Origin: Planctomycetota bacterium
GTDB lineage: Bacteria; Planctomycetota; PLA2; JAEUHO01
DNA: 64,000 nt
NCBI GenBank assembly: GCA_050248855.1
Contig: JBFWRP010000006.1
Location: 64,001 to 128,000 of the forward strand
Direction of reading: 5' to 3'
Shown here piece by piece: positions 35,271-45,418 of this stretch. The position numbers and the translations under genes were made by a program. The first letter of the stretch is position 1, and each line of letters opens with the position of its first letter. The notes under the pieces were generated by a model, which was given only the letters and a program-made list of their open reading frames with translations, was not told the origin of the DNA and searched no databases.

Positions 35271-37010
35271 ATGCGGATCTCCCAGTCCTTGTTCACGACC
35301 CTGAAGGAGGCCCCGGCGGACGCCGAGGTGGCCTCGCATGCCCTCATGGTGCGCGCCGGCTTCCTCGAGAAGCTGACGGCCGGGGTCTACGTGTACGGCC
35401 CCCTGCTCTGGCGGGTGCTGCGCAAGATCGAGACGATCGTGCGCGAAGAACACGACAAGGCGGGCTGCCTCGAGATGCTCATGCCGGCGCTCCAGCCGAA
35501 GGAGATCTGGGTCGAGAGCGGGCGCTGGGAGCGCTACGTCAAGGACGGCATCCTCTACCACTTCGAGGACGGCCGCGGCCGCGAGGTGTGCCTGGGCCCG
35601 ACGCACGAGGAGGTCATCACGACCTTCGTGCGGGGGCGCGTCACCTCCTACAAGCAGCTGCCGGTCACGCTGTACCAGATCCAGACCAAGTTCCGTGACG
35701 AGATCCGCCCCCGCTTCGGCCTGATGCGCGGCCGCGAGTTCGTCATGAAGGACGCGTACTCGTTTGACGCCACGGCGGAAGCCATGGCGGCGTCCTACGA
35801 GCGCATGCGCGAGGTGTACCGCGCCATCTTCCGTCGCTGCGGCCTGCGCTTCACGCCGGTGCTGGCCGACGCCGGTGCCATCGGTGGCTCGGGCAGCGAG
35901 GAGTTCATGGTGGACGCGGACACCGGCGAGGACGCCATCGCCGTCTGCCGCGCCACGGGCTACGCTGCCAACGTGGAGAAGGCCGTGAGCCGCATCTCTG
36001 CGCCGCCGGCGGCGCCGGCCGAGGTCGCGATGCACAAGGAGTCCACGCCCAAGGCGCGCTCCGTGGACGACCTGCGCAAGCTGTTCCCGGAGCTCCCGGC
36101 CGAGCGCATGCTCAAGACGGTGCTCTACCGGGCGACGTTCGAGAGTCGCGAGCAGGTCGTGGCCGTGATGGCCCGCGGGGACCGCGAGGTCAACGAGGTC
36201 AAGCTGCTGAACCACCTGGGTGCCCTCAAGGTGGAGCTGGCCGACGAGGCCCTCGTGCGCAAGGCGACGGGGGCCGCGCCGGGCTTCGCCGGGCCGATCG
36301 GCCTCGCCGAGGACGTGCGCCTGCTGGCCGACGCGAGCGTGGACGGCGTGCAGGGGTTCCTGTGCGGCGGCAACGAGACCGACACGCACTGGCTCGACGT
36401 GTGGTTCGGGCGCGACCTGCCGCAGCCGGAGACGGTGGACCTGGGCTTGGTCAAGGCGGGCGACCGCACCGTCGACGGCGACGGCGTGATCGAGATCACG
36501 CGCGGGATCGAGGTGGGCCACATCTTCCAGCTGGGCACCAAGTACAGCTCGGCCATGGGGGCTACGTTCGCCGACGAGGGTGGCCAGCTGCAGCCGTTCC
36601 ACATGGGCTGCTACGGCATCGGCGTGAGCCGCGTCGCGGCGTCGGCCATCGAGCAGAACCACGACGAGGCCGGCATGATCTGGCCGCTGCCGATCGCGCC
36701 CTACACGGTGATGCTGATCCAGATGCGTCCGGACGACGACGTGCAGACGGCGCTCGCCCAAGAGCTCCACGATGCGCTCGAGGCCGAGGGCATCGACGTG
36801 CTCTGGGACGACCGCAAGCTGGGCGCCGGCGCCAAGTTCAAGGACGCCGACCTGGTCGGCATCCCGCTGCGCGTCGTCGTCGGCCGGGACGCCGGCGAGC
36901 GGCGCATCGAGTGGAAGCCGCGCGTCGGCGGGGACGCCGAGGCGTTGTCGGCCGACGAGGTGCTTCCGCGCGTGCGGGCCGCGATCCAGGCCGCGGCCCG
37001 GGCGTCCTGA
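35271..37010 (+). CDS. proS: Proline--tRNA ligase (bacterial type with editing insertion)
   Basis: TLKE.P.DAE..SH.LM.RAG, LGPTHEE, YQIQTKFRDEIRPRFGLMRGREF.MKDAYSF, GIEVGHIFQLGTKYS, MGCYGIGVSR. Confidence 0.97.
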   Translation: MRISQSLFTTLKEAPADAEVASHALMVRAGFLEKLTAGVYVYGPLLWRVLRKIETIVREEHDKAGCLEMLMPALQPKEIWVESGRWERYVKDGILYHFEDGRGREVCLGPTHEEVITTFVRGRVTSYKQLPVTLYQIQTKFRDEIRPRFGLMRGREFVMKDAYSFDATAEAMAASYERMREVYRAIFRRCGLRFTPVLADAGAIGGSGSEEFMVDADTGEDAIAVCRATGYAANVEKAVSRISAPPAAPAEVAMHKESTPKARSVDDLRKLFPELPAERMLKTVLYRATFESREQVVAVMARGDREVNEVKLLNHLGALKVELADEALVRKATGAAPGFAGPIGLAEDVRLLADASVDGVQGFLCGGNETDTHWLDVWFGRDLPQPETVDLGLVKAGDRTVDGDGVIEITRGIEVGHIFQLGTKYSSAMGATFADEGGQLQPFHMGCYGIGVSRVAASAIEQNHDEAGMIWPLPIAPYTVMLIQMRPDDDVQTALAQELHDALEAEGIDVLWDDRKLGAGAKFKDADLVGIPLRVVVGRDAGERRIEWKPRVGGDAEALSADEVLPRVRAAIQAAARAS

Positions 37011-37057
37011 CGGCGGGCCTCGCCGGACCGTCCCCCCGCGCCGTAGGCTCGGGGGGC

Positions 37058-37339
37058 ATGAGCACGGACCAACCTCGCCCCCTCGTGGTCACGCTGAAGC
37101 CCGGTCGTCACGCCATCTGCCAGTGCGGCCAGACGGGCAGCCCGCCGTTTTGCGACGGCACGCACAAGCGCGTAAACGCCGAGGACGGGACGACCTTCAG
37201 CCCCACCATCGAGGACGTGGAGGGGCAGCCCAAGAACGTGGCCTGGTGCCGCTGCTTCACGACGGGCAACACGCCTTGGTGCGATGGCAGCCACACGGCG
37301 CTTTGGACGGGCATGGGGCCCGACGAAGACGACGCGTGA
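37058..37339 (+). CDS. Double CDGSH iron-sulfur domain protein
   Basis: CQCGQTGSPPFCDGTH and WCRCFTTGNTPWCDGSH. Confidence 0.88.
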   Translation: MSTDQPRPLVVTLKPGRHAICQCGQTGSPPFCDGTHKRVNAEDGTTFSPTIEDVEGQPKNVAWCRCFTTGNTPWCDGSHTALWTGMGPDEDDA

Positions 37340-37542
37340 GCGCCGACCTCGCGCTCCTGCGCCGCCTCCAGGCCCTGGAGGAGTCTGCGCTACATCAAGA
37401 GCGGCTTGTCGAGCGCTTGGACGAGGTCGTGCGCGAGCAGGCCGGGCGCCTCGAGCGCCTGCAACGGGCGCTGGGGGCCCTGGAGGCCCGCGTCGTGCTG
37501 GCGCTGGAGGGCGAGGACCCGGAAGAGGGCGTGGTCGACTGA
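37336..37542 (+). CDS. slyX: SlyX-family protein
   Basis: RL..LE....HQE..VE.LD.VV.EQ...L..L coiled coil; GTGA overlap with the upstream stop. Confidence 0.7.
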   Translation: MSADLALLRRLQALEESALHQERLVERLDEVVREQAGRLERLQRALGALEARVVLALEGEDPEEGVVD

Positions 37543-37547
37543 CGCCG

Positions 37548-37750
37548 AGTACGGAGTCGCGAGTACGCCGACGGGAAAGCCCGTACGGAGGCGGGGAATT
37601 CTTCCGCAACTTGCCGATCGGTGCATCCGCATGGGAGAGGTCACTTCGGCAAGTTGCGGAAGAAATCCCCGCCTCCGTACCGCGTCTTCAATCCGCAGAA
37701 GGTGCCCGACTCCGTACTGGACGAAGTTGGAATCTCACCCGACTCCGTAC
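37548..37750. repeat. Family 1 element (37566-37687) nested within an outer 12-bp inverted repeat
   Basis: 35-bp inner arms; outer agtacggagtcg (37548-37559) / cgactccgtact (37707-37718), plus a further cgactccgtac at 37740-37750; lies between convergent genes. Confidence 0.8.
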
Positions 37751-37755
37751 GGGAC

Positions 37756-38928
37756 TTACGCGTGAATCGCGTCCAGCGCTTGGCGCAGGTCGTCGAGGAG
37801 GTCCTGCTCGTTCTCGATGCCGACGGAGAGGCGCACGAAGCCGTCGGCGATGCCGAGCGCGGCGCGGGCTTCGGCCGGCACGCTGGCGTGCGTCATGATC
37901 GCCGGGTGCTCGATGAGGCTTTCCACGCCGCCGAGGCTCTCGGCCAACGCGGGGATGCGCACGGCCTCCAGGAAGCGACGCGCCTCGGGCAGACCGCCCT
38001 TCAGCGTGAACGAGATCATCCCGCCGAAGCAGCTCATCTGGCGCGCGGCCAGCTCGTGCTGCGGGTGCGTGGGGAGCCCGGGGTAGAGCACGCGCTCGAC
38101 CTCGGAACGGCCTTCCAGGAAGCGCGCGATCGCGAACGCGTTGCGCTCGTGGCGCTCCATCCGCACAGCCAGTGTCTTCAGACCCCGTAGCACGAGGAAC
38201 GCATCGAGCGGGCCCTGGATGGCGCCCACGGCGTTCTGCAGGAACGCGAGTCGCGTGGCCAGCTCCTCGTCGCTGACGACCAGCGCCCCGCCGACCACGT
38301 CGCTGTGGCCGTTCAGGTACTTGGTGACGCTGTGCAATACGATGTCGGCGCCCAGGTCCAGCGGTCGCTGCGCGAACGGCGTGGCAAACGTGTTGTCCAC
38401 GACCACGAGGGCACCGCGCTTCTTGGCCGCCGCGGCCAAGGCCTTGAGGTCCAGCACCTTGAGCATGGGGTTGGTGGGGGACTCGAGCCAGACCAGCTTG
38501 GTGGCGGGCGTCCACGCCGCCTCGAGTGCCCCGGGCTTGGTGAGATCGGCTGCCGTGAACTTCACGCCGTGGCGGGCCACGACCTTGTCGAACAGGCGGA
38601 ACGTGCCGCCGTAGACGTCGTCGCTGTGCACGACGTGGTCGCCGGCCTGCAGCAGGTGCAGGACCGTGTCGGACGCCGCCAGCCCCGAAGCGAAGCAGAA
38701 ACCGTGGCTCCCGCCCTCGAGTGCGGCCAGGCAGGCCTCCAACGCGTCGCGGGTGGGGTTGCGCGTGCGCGCGTACTCGAACCCCTTGTGCACGCCCGGG
38801 CTCTCCTGGGCGTACGTGGAGTTCAGGTACACCGGCGTCATCAGCGCGCCGGTCGTGGGATCGGGCGCCTGGCCAGCGTGGATGGCCAACGTCTCGAAGG
38901 CGAGCTTGTCGTCGTGCCCAGGCTTCAT
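37756..38928 (-). CDS. Cystathionine gamma-lyase/gamma-synthase (PLP)
   Basis: T.AIHAGQ, YAR..NPTR, FASG.AA, ESPTNP, VDNTF.TP, HS.TKYLNGHSD, AESLGGVESL.EHP..MTH, RLSVGIE. Confidence 0.92.
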   Translation of the reverse strand: MKPGHDDKLAFETLAIHAGQAPDPTTGALMTPVYLNSTYAQESPGVHKGFEYARTRNPTRDALEACLAALEGGSHGFCFASGLAASDTVLHLLQAGDHVVHSDDVYGGTFRLFDKVVARHGVKFTAADLTKPGALEAAWTPATKLVWLESPTNPMLKVLDLKALAAAAKKRGALVVVDNTFATPFAQRPLDLGADIVLHSVTKYLNGHSDVVGGALVVSDEELATRLAFLQNAVGAIQGPLDAFLVLRGLKTLAVRMERHERNAFAIARFLEGRSEVERVLYPGLPTHPQHELAARQMSCFGGMISFTLKGGLPEARRFLEAVRIPALAESLGGVESLIEHPAIMTHASVPAEARAALGIADGFVRLSVGIENEQDLLDDLRQALDAIHA

Positions 38929-39908
38929 GCGCCCTCCGCGTCGAGGAACCCGTTCTCGCGCAACCACTCGTCGTTGTAGACCTTGGAGATGTAGGCGCGA
39001 CCGCCGTCGGGCAGGGGCGCGAGGATCACCTTGCCCTTGCCCAGCTCGCGCGCCAGCTCGACGGCCACGTGCACCGCCGCGCCCGACGAGCCGCCGGCGA
39101 AGATGCCCTCTTCGCGGGCCAGGCGGCGGGCCATCGCGAAGGACTGCGCGTCGTTGACGCGGCGCACGTCGTCGAGCAGGTCGATGTCCATCGCGCCGCA
39201 GATCATGTCCTCGCCGATGCCCTCGACCTTGTAGGCGTGGGGCTCGGACGGCTTCCCCGTGTGGAAGAGGTCGTGGTAGATGCTGCCTTCGGGGTCCACG
39301 CCCACGAGCTGCACGTTGGCGTCCTGTTCCTTGAGGTAGCGGCCCGCACCGCTCATGGTGCCGCCTGTTCCGAGGCCCGCGACGAACGCGTCCAGGCGAC
39401 CGTCCAGCTGCTTCCAGATCTCGGGGCCCGTGAGGCGGTAGTGGGCCTCGACGTTGTCGCGGCTGTGGTATTGGTTCAGGTAGAAGGCGCCGGGCGTCTC
39501 GGCGGCCAGGCGCTTGGCCGTGGAGTAGTAGGACTCAGGCGAGTCGGCCGGCACGCTGGTCGGCGTCACGACCACCTTGGCGCCAAATCCACGCAGCGTG
39601 TCCTGCTTCTCCTTGCTCATCTTGTCCGGCATCGTGAACACGGTCTTGTAGCCGCGTACGGCCGCCACCATGGCCACGCCCACGCCCGTGTTGCCGCTCG
39701 TGTTCTCGACGATCGTACCACCCGTGGCGATGCGCCCCTCGGCCGCCGCCTTGTCGAGCACGAACTTGGCCATGCGGTCCTTGATCGAGCCGCCGGGATT
39801 CATGAACTCGAGCTTGACGAGCACGGTGGCGTCGTCAGGTCCGACGACCTTGTTGAGGCGGACGATGGGCGTGTTGCCGATCGCCGAGAGGACGTTGTCG
39901 TGGATCAC
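38925..39908 (-). CDS. Cystathionine beta-synthase / cysteine synthase family
   Basis: IGNTP.V.L, KLE..NPGGSIKDR.A, ENTSGNTG, PDKMS.EK, G.GTGGT, Y.VEGIGED, GGSSG; coupled to the CGL gene. Confidence 0.9.
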   Translation of the reverse strand: MIHDNVLSAIGNTPIVRLNKVVGPDDATVLVKLEFMNPGGSIKDRMAKFVLDKAAAEGRIATGGTIVENTSGNTGVGVAMVAAVRGYKTVFTMPDKMSKEKQDTLRGFGAKVVVTPTSVPADSPESYYSTAKRLAAETPGAFYLNQYHSRDNVEAHYRLTGPEIWKQLDGRLDAFVAGLGTGGTMSGAGRYLKEQDANVQLVGVDPEGSIYHDLFHTGKPSEPHAYKVEGIGEDMICGAMDIDLLDDVRRVNDAQSFAMARRLAREEGIFAGGSSGAAVHVAVELARELGKGKVILAPLPDGGRAYISKVYNDEWLRENGFLDAEGA

Positions 39909-40015
39909 GGCGGGGCTCCGGGCGCCGGCCACGGGGCGGGCTGCCGCGCGGAGCATACGGGCCCGGCTCCACGAACCCCATCCGGGCCGGGGGCCGATGT
40001 GCGGGAGCGGGGGCG

Positions 40016-41326
40016 CTACGCGTTGGGGGCCCGGAGCCACGCGACGAGAGACGCCTCGTCGGCAAAGGACGCGAAGGCGCCGTCGGCCAAGCGCTTGGCA
40101 TGCCAGCCGCCATCGGCCTCGACCGTGACCACCAGCGGGATGCCGGCCTTGTCGGCGTAGCGCATCTGCTGGCCGTGCTTCTTGTCCTCGGGGAACACCT
40201 CGGCGCCGATCCCGGCGCGCCTGAGCGCGGCGGCGATCGCGAAGGCACGCGGGAGGTCCTCCTCCCCGGGGTGCACCACCAAGACGTCCGCAGGCGCCTC
40301 CTTGTCCGACGCCCTGCCCAATGCTTCCATGGCATCGAGCAGGCGCGTGACGCCGATCGAGCAGCCGACGCCGGGCAGGCGCGACTTCGTGTAGAGGCTG
40401 GCGAGGTCGTCGTAGCGGCCGCCGCTGCCGACGCTGCCGATGTCGGGGAGCGCGTCCAGCTGGGCTTCGAGGACGATGCCCGTGTAGTAGTCCAGGCCCC
40501 GGGCCACGCTCGGGTCCACGCGCAGGGCGCCCTCACGAACGCCCGCGGCAGCGGCCAGCTCGAGCACGCGGCGCAGGCCCTCCAGGCCCGCGCGTCCCGC
40601 GGAGTCGTCGGCTGCCAGGCTCGCGTCCAGGCACGCGAACACCTCGCTCGCGTCGCCCCGTGGCGTGGTCACGTCGATCAGCGCCGCCGCGCCCTCCGCC
40701 GTGGCGCCCGCCGCGACGAGCTCGTCGCGCACGGTGGTTTCGCCGAGCTTCTCGCGCTTGTCCAGGGCCCTCAGCGCCGCCACCACGGGGACGCCTGGCG
40801 CCAGGTGGCCGACGATGCCGCCGAGCACGCGGCGGTCGTTGATGCGCAGGGTCACGGGACCGACGTCGAGCGCCTCGTAGGCGGCGCACATCAGCACCAG
40901 GATCTCGGCGTCGGCCGCCACGCTCACCGGACCGATCAGGTCCGCGTCGCACTGCAGGAACTCGCGGGCGCGGCCGCGCTGGGGGCGCTCGCCGCGCCAG
41001 CAGCTTCCGATGTGCGAGCGGCGGAAGGGGAAGACGAGGTCGTTCTGGTGCTCGGCCACGAAGCGCGCCAGCGGCACGGTGAGGTCGAAGCGCAGTGCGA
41101 CCGGCCGCCCGCCCTTGTCGGTGAACTCGAACAGCTCCTTGTCGCTGTCCTCGCCGCCCTTGCCCTTCAGGATCTCGGCGTACTCGAGCGCCGGGGTCTC
41201 GATGGGGCCGTAGCCGTGCGCGCGGAAAACGTCCTGCAGGGTGCGGATCATGCGCTGCTGGTGCAGCGCGCGGACCGGCAGGACGTCCCGGAATCCCTTC
41301 AACGTGCGCGGCGTGATCAGGCTCAT
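40016..41326 (-). CDS. hisS: Histidine--tRNA ligase
   Basis: GFRD.LP, IETP.LE, LRFDLTVPLAR, WRGERPQ.GR.REF.QCD.D, RGLDYYTG, GGRYD.L. Confidence 0.96.
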   Translation of the reverse strand: MSLITPRTLKGFRDVLPVRALHQQRMIRTLQDVFRAHGYGPIETPALEYAEILKGKGGEDSDKELFEFTDKGGRPVALRFDLTVPLARFVAEHQNDLVFPFRRSHIGSCWRGERPQRGRAREFLQCDADLIGPVSVAADAEILVLMCAAYEALDVGPVTLRINDRRVLGGIVGHLAPGVPVVAALRALDKREKLGETTVRDELVAAGATAEGAAALIDVTTPRGDASEVFACLDASLAADDSAGRAGLEGLRRVLELAAAAGVREGALRVDPSVARGLDYYTGIVLEAQLDALPDIGSVGSGGRYDDLASLYTKSRLPGVGCSIGVTRLLDAMEALGRASDKEAPADVLVVHPGEEDLPRAFAIAAALRRAGIGAEVFPEDKKHGQQMRYADKAGIPLVVTVEADGGWHAKRLADGAFASFADEASLVAWLRAPNA

Positions 41327-41377
41327 GGCATCACCTCGTGGGTGGGGGAGGCTACCCCACGCCGCGCGGGGCGCCCC

Positions 41378-42943
41378 TCAGACGATGGGGAGCGGCAGCT
41401 CCAAGCCCGCCGCCGCCAGCAACGAGCCGTCCTCGATGGTGCCCTTGACGGCCGCCAACGCATCGCGCCAGAGGCGGTCGGCGCTGCGGAAGGGCACGAC
41501 GGCCCGGACCACGTCCCTGACCGCCATCGTGCGCGGGGCGGGCTCGCGCGGGCGCATGTCGATGGCTTGGCACGCCGTGAGCACCTCGATGGCCAGCACG
41601 GACTCCACGAGGTCGAGCACGTCGTCCGTTCGCCGCGCTGCGATCGGGGCCATGCTCACGTGGTCTTCGATCCCGGCCCCCGTGACGATGCTGTCCGCGC
41701 TCGCCGGGAAGCAGAGCTGCTTGCTCTCGCTGACCTGCGCGGCCGCCACGTACTGCGGGATCATGAAGCCGCTGTGCAGGCCGTGGTGGGGGGCCAGGTA
41801 GGCGGGAAGCCCCTCGTTCAGCTTGGGGTCGACGAGCGTCGCCGTCCGCCGCTCGCTGATGCTGCCCAGCTCGTGGACGCAGAGGCGCAGGTGGTCGAGG
41901 GGCAAGGCGATCGGCTCGCCGTGGAAGTTGCCGCCGCTCACGATGCGCGTGCCCAGCACCAACGGGTTGTCGGTGACGGCATCGATCTCGCGCTCCAACG
42001 CGCTGCGCGCGTAGGCCACGCCGTCGGCCACGGCGCCGTGCACCTGCGGGGCGCAACGCGTGCCGTAGGCGTCCTGGGGCGCGATGCGCTTGCCGGGCAG
42101 GGCCTCGACCGGGGCGTCTACCAAGCGGCTGCCCTTCACGAGCGCGGCCAGGCGCTTGGCCGAGGCGCGCTGCCCCGGATGACCGCGGGCGGCGTGCAGA
42201 CCCGGGGCGAGGGCATCGCCGCGAGCGGCCAACGCCTCCATCGAGAGCGCGGCGGCCACGTCGGCCAGAAGCACGGCGCGCTCGGCGCGAGCCAGGGCGC
42301 GCAACCCGATCGCCAAGCTCACCTGCATGCCGTTGACGAGGGCCAAGCCTTCCTTGGCGCCCAGCGCCGTGGGCTCGAGGCCCGCTTTGCGCAGCGCCTT
42401 CGCAGCGTCCATCGAGCGCCCGTCCACGCGCACGCGACCACGACCGATCAGCGGCAGGGCGAGGAAGGCCAGCGGGGCGAGGTCGCCGCTGGCGCCCACG
42501 CTGCCCCGCGACGGAACTTCGGCCACGATCCCCGCGGCGTGGAGCCGCATCATCGCCTGGACGGTGCCCAGGCGGATGCCGCTCAGGCCCCGGGCCACCG
42601 CGTGGATGCGCAGCAACCAGGCCAGGCGCACGGTGGCGTCCGGTAGCAACGGTCCGTCGCCGAACGCGTGACTGACCAGCAGGTTCTCCTGCAGGCGCTC
42701 GACCTCGTCCGGCGGGATCGTGCGGTCGGCATTGCTGCCAAAGCCCGTCGTGACGCCGTAGACGCGCTCGTCCTTGGCGACGGCGTCCGCGATCCGCGCG
42801 GCCGAGGCCTCGATGCGTTCGGCTGCGCCGGGCGCCAACGCCAGGGGCCGCGCCGTGGCGATGGCGGCCAGGGCCGCGGCTGCCTCCAGATGGCCGCCGA
42901 GCTCCAGCGGTGTGCCGTCCGCCTTGCGTTCCCGTCGCGCCAT
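41378..42943 (-). CDS. hutH: Histidine ammonia-lyase
   Basis: VYG.TTGFG, NL..SH (HAL-type specificity residues), GSVGASGDLAPLA (MIO), KEGLAL.NG, QDAY..RC.PQVHG, SGGNFHG.P, EDHVSM. Confidence 0.92.
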   Translation of the reverse strand: MARRERKADGTPLELGGHLEAAAALAAIATARPLALAPGAAERIEASAARIADAVAKDERVYGVTTGFGSNADRTIPPDEVERLQENLLVSHAFGDGPLLPDATVRLAWLLRIHAVARGLSGIRLGTVQAMMRLHAAGIVAEVPSRGSVGASGDLAPLAFLALPLIGRGRVRVDGRSMDAAKALRKAGLEPTALGAKEGLALVNGMQVSLAIGLRALARAERAVLLADVAAALSMEALAARGDALAPGLHAARGHPGQRASAKRLAALVKGSRLVDAPVEALPGKRIAPQDAYGTRCAPQVHGAVADGVAYARSALEREIDAVTDNPLVLGTRIVSGGNFHGEPIALPLDHLRLCVHELGSISERRTATLVDPKLNEGLPAYLAPHHGLHSGFMIPQYVAAAQVSESKQLCFPASADSIVTGAGIEDHVSMAPIAARRTDDVLDLVESVLAIEVLTACQAIDMRPREPAPRTMAVRDVVRAVVPFRSADRLWRDALAAVKGTIEDGSLLAAAGLELPLPIV

Positions 42944-42976
42944 GGGGCCCGCTCCTTCCTCGTGGAGACCTGGGTG

Positions 42977-45052
42977 CTACGGAGGCGTCGGCAGCAGGGC
43001 GACCTGCTGCTTCAGGTAGGACGCCCACCACGTGGGATCCACCCGCCCGTCGATGCGCACGGACTCGATGGTCATTCGCGTTCCGTGCGTGAAGAGGCCG
43101 ACGCGGGCCGGCCCGACGCCGCTGCCGTCATCGCCCTTGACGGCGCCTTCCAGGTGGACGCCGTCGGTCTTGCCTTGCATCGTGCCGCGCGCCTTGAGGC
43201 CATCGCGTACGAGCTCCAGCTGCAAGCGGTCCATGTTCTCGAGCTTGGACGTGGTGCGCTCGGCGATCTTGATGAAGCCGTGGACACCGGCGTCGGCGGC
43301 GGCCCACACGCCCTCGCCGATCAACCACAGCACGTGACCCGGTTGCACCGTGGCGTCCGCGCCCTTCTTCAGCTTGAAGCGCGTGTTGGCCAGGTTGAAC
43401 AGGATCGCGCGGTAGCGCGCGCCGTCGTCCACCGCGAGCAAGCCGAAGTCGTGCGCGACCTCGGCGCGGACGGTGGCCTGGATGCGCACGTCGTCCGTGT
43501 AGACGAGGAAGTGGAAGAGCCCCGTGCCGAGGCGGATGTGGACCAGGCCTTGTTCCCACGTCACTTCCACCGGCTCGTCGGTGGCGAAGGGTGCTTCCGC
43601 ACGGAAGTCCTCCGCCAGCTCGGCGTGCTGGTCGAACTCGTAGGACACCTGGACGCGGCCGCGCTTGATGGTGGCCTCGCCGTGGAGCAGCACGTGCGGG
43701 CCGTCCCGTCCCGCGCGGGCCCAGCGCTCGGCCGCTTCGATGGCGGGTCGCTGGAGGCTCAGCAGGGTCGAGCTGCGGTGCAGGTCGAGGAGGCGGCGGA
43801 ACGACACCGCGGCCTGTTCGTAGCGACCGGCCAGCAGGTCGCCGTGGGCCGTGCGCCACGCCTTGAGCGCCACGGCGTCGGCGTCGGGGCCTTCATCGCC
43901 CTTCCCCGCATCGTTGCCGTCGTCCGGTGCGCGTGGGGCATCGCCTCCCGGGTCCGCGCCGCCGCGTCCCGCGTCCCCGCCAGGGTCCCGAACCGGTGGG
44001 CGCGGCGGCACGCTGCCGTACAAGCTGCGCCGTGCGACGTCGAGCAGGGGCGCGAGCTTCGGCGCCAGGTCCACGGGAAAGCGGTCCAGGGCTTCGACCA
44101 GCCGCACGTAGGCGTCACGCGGGGCGTGTGTCACGAGCGGCGCGAGGTCGCGCAGCACGACCTCGAGCGATGCGGCGGCCTCCCGGGCGACACGCTCGCG
44201 GAGCGGGGTCACGGCGTCCGCGGGGACCGCGCCGGCGAAGTGCCGCTCGAAGCGCGTGATCTCCTCGTTGGCCCGCGCGAACGCGCCCGCCGTGGCCAGG
44301 CGATCGACCGTGTCCGCCAGCTCGCCCAGCTCCACGGTCGCCAAGCGATCGAACAGCTCGCTCCAGCGTGCGCGGAGCGCCGCGACGACGGCGGGGTCAC
44401 GCGTGCGATCGAGAGCGCCGCGCAGGCGGTCCAGCTCGGCGCGGAGCGCGCCATCGGCGCGAGCTCGGGCGCTGGCGTCCAGCTCGAGCAACGTGCGCAC
44501 GTCCTCGGGCCAGTCGGTCGTGGGATCGGCCAGCGGCTCGGGCAGGTCCCTGGCCAGGACCTCCTCCGCCCGGCGCCCGTCCTGCATGTGCTCGACGCCG
44601 CGCACGACGGCCGCCAACACGAGGCCCGCCGCCACCAGGGCGAACGGCCACAGCGGGACCCGGCGCGGACGCGCGGGCGGCGCGTCGCGCCGTTCCACCT
44701 CGCGCGGCGGTCGACGCGGAGCCTCGACCGTGTTCACGGGGGGCGCCACGACCCGCGCCTGGAACACGGCCGTCTGGTCACCCACCTGCAGGCGCGCGCC
44801 GTCGCGCAGGGGGTCGTGCGTAGGGGGAGCGCCGTCCACCATCACGGGCTGTGCGTCGTCGAGCGCCCGCGCCACGTGCCCCGCCGCTTCGCGCGCCACG
44901 ACGAGCAAGGCGCCGGCGAAGGGACGTGGCGCGGCCTCCAGCCCGCCGCGCGCCGCGGGGCCCACGAACGTGGCTCCCTCCAGCAGGTCGTACTCGAGGA
45001 GTCCGAGCGGCGAAGGCAGCAGCAGTCGGGCTTCGTCTCGGGCAGCTGCCAC
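42977..45052 (-). CDS. Hypothetical membrane protein (degenerate FHA-like N-terminus, TM helix, helical region, C-terminal beta-sandwich)
   Basis: V.VDG......LRDG..L.VG pattern, hydrophobic LWPFALVAAGLVLAAVV, beta-rich C-terminus; codon usage consistent with coding. Confidence 0.6.
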   Translation of the reverse strand: MAAARDEARLLLPSPLGLLEYDLLEGATFVGPAARGGLEAAPRPFAGALLVVAREAAGHVARALDDAQPVMVDGAPPTHDPLRDGARLQVGDQTAVFQARVVAPPVNTVEAPRRPPREVERRDAPPARPRRVPLWPFALVAAGLVLAAVVRGVEHMQDGRRAEEVLARDLPEPLADPTTDWPEDVRTLLELDASARARADGALRAELDRLRGALDRTRDPAVVAALRARWSELFDRLATVELGELADTVDRLATAGAFARANEEITRFERHFAGAVPADAVTPLRERVAREAAASLEVVLRDLAPLVTHAPRDAYVRLVEALDRFPVDLAPKLAPLLDVARRSLYGSVPPRPPVRDPGGDAGRGGADPGGDAPRAPDDGNDAGKGDEGPDADAVALKAWRTAHGDLLAGRYEQAAVSFRRLLDLHRSSTLLSLQRPAIEAAERWARAGRDGPHVLLHGEATIKRGRVQVSYEFDQHAELAEDFRAEAPFATDEPVEVTWEQGLVHIRLGTGLFHFLVYTDDVRIQATVRAEVAHDFGLLAVDDGARYRAILFNLANTRFKLKKGADATVQPGHVLWLIGEGVWAAADAGVHGFIKIAERTTSKLENMDRLQLELVRDGLKARGTMQGKTDGVHLEGAVKGDDGSGVGPARVGLFTHGTRMTIESVRIDGRVDPTWWASYLKQQVALLPTPP

Positions 45053-45126
45053 GGGCGCCGGGTCTCCGGAAGGGCGTCACCGGGCAGCGACGACCGGCTC
45101 GGCGCCGCGCATCGTACGCTGTCCGC

Positions 45127-45366
45127 ATGCCCGACGAAGCCCCGCCCGCTGCGCACGTCCCGCCGGCTCGAGGCCACGGAGCGGCCCGCGACCCCGCCGG
45201 CGCGGGACGCTGGGCGCGCTGGCTCCTGGCGACCTGGGCGGTGCTCCTCGCGCTCGGCGCGTTGGCCACCACGTTCGGGTGGACGGACCTCCGCCTGGCG
45301 CTCGACGTCGACCGCGACGTGCACGTCGCCCCCGCGCCCGAGCTCGGTCAGCCCGCAAGCGGCTGA
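45127..45366 (+). CDS. Small hypothetical membrane protein
   Basis: 79-aa ORF with one TM segment (WLLATWAVLLALGALATTFG) filling the gap before comF. Confidence 0.4.
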   Translation: MPDEAPPAAHVPPARGHGAARDPAGAGRWARWLLATWAVLLALGALATTFGWTDLRLALDVDRDVHVAPAPELGQPASG

Positions 45367-45418
45367 ACGAGCCGACCCGCCGTGACCGGGGAGCTGGCGG
45401 CCGCGAGGCACTCGCGGC

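Noticed and set aside
41378..42943. Phe/Tyr ammonia-lyase feeding the aromatic pathway
   Set aside because: The specificity residues are Ser-His (HAL type) and the gene lies next to hisS.
40100..45385. Long plus-strand ORFs (848 aa, 905 aa) and similar antisense ORFs throughout the window
   Set aside because: They are antisense to hisS, hutH and other recognisable genes, carry no motifs, and are expected from GC3 bias.
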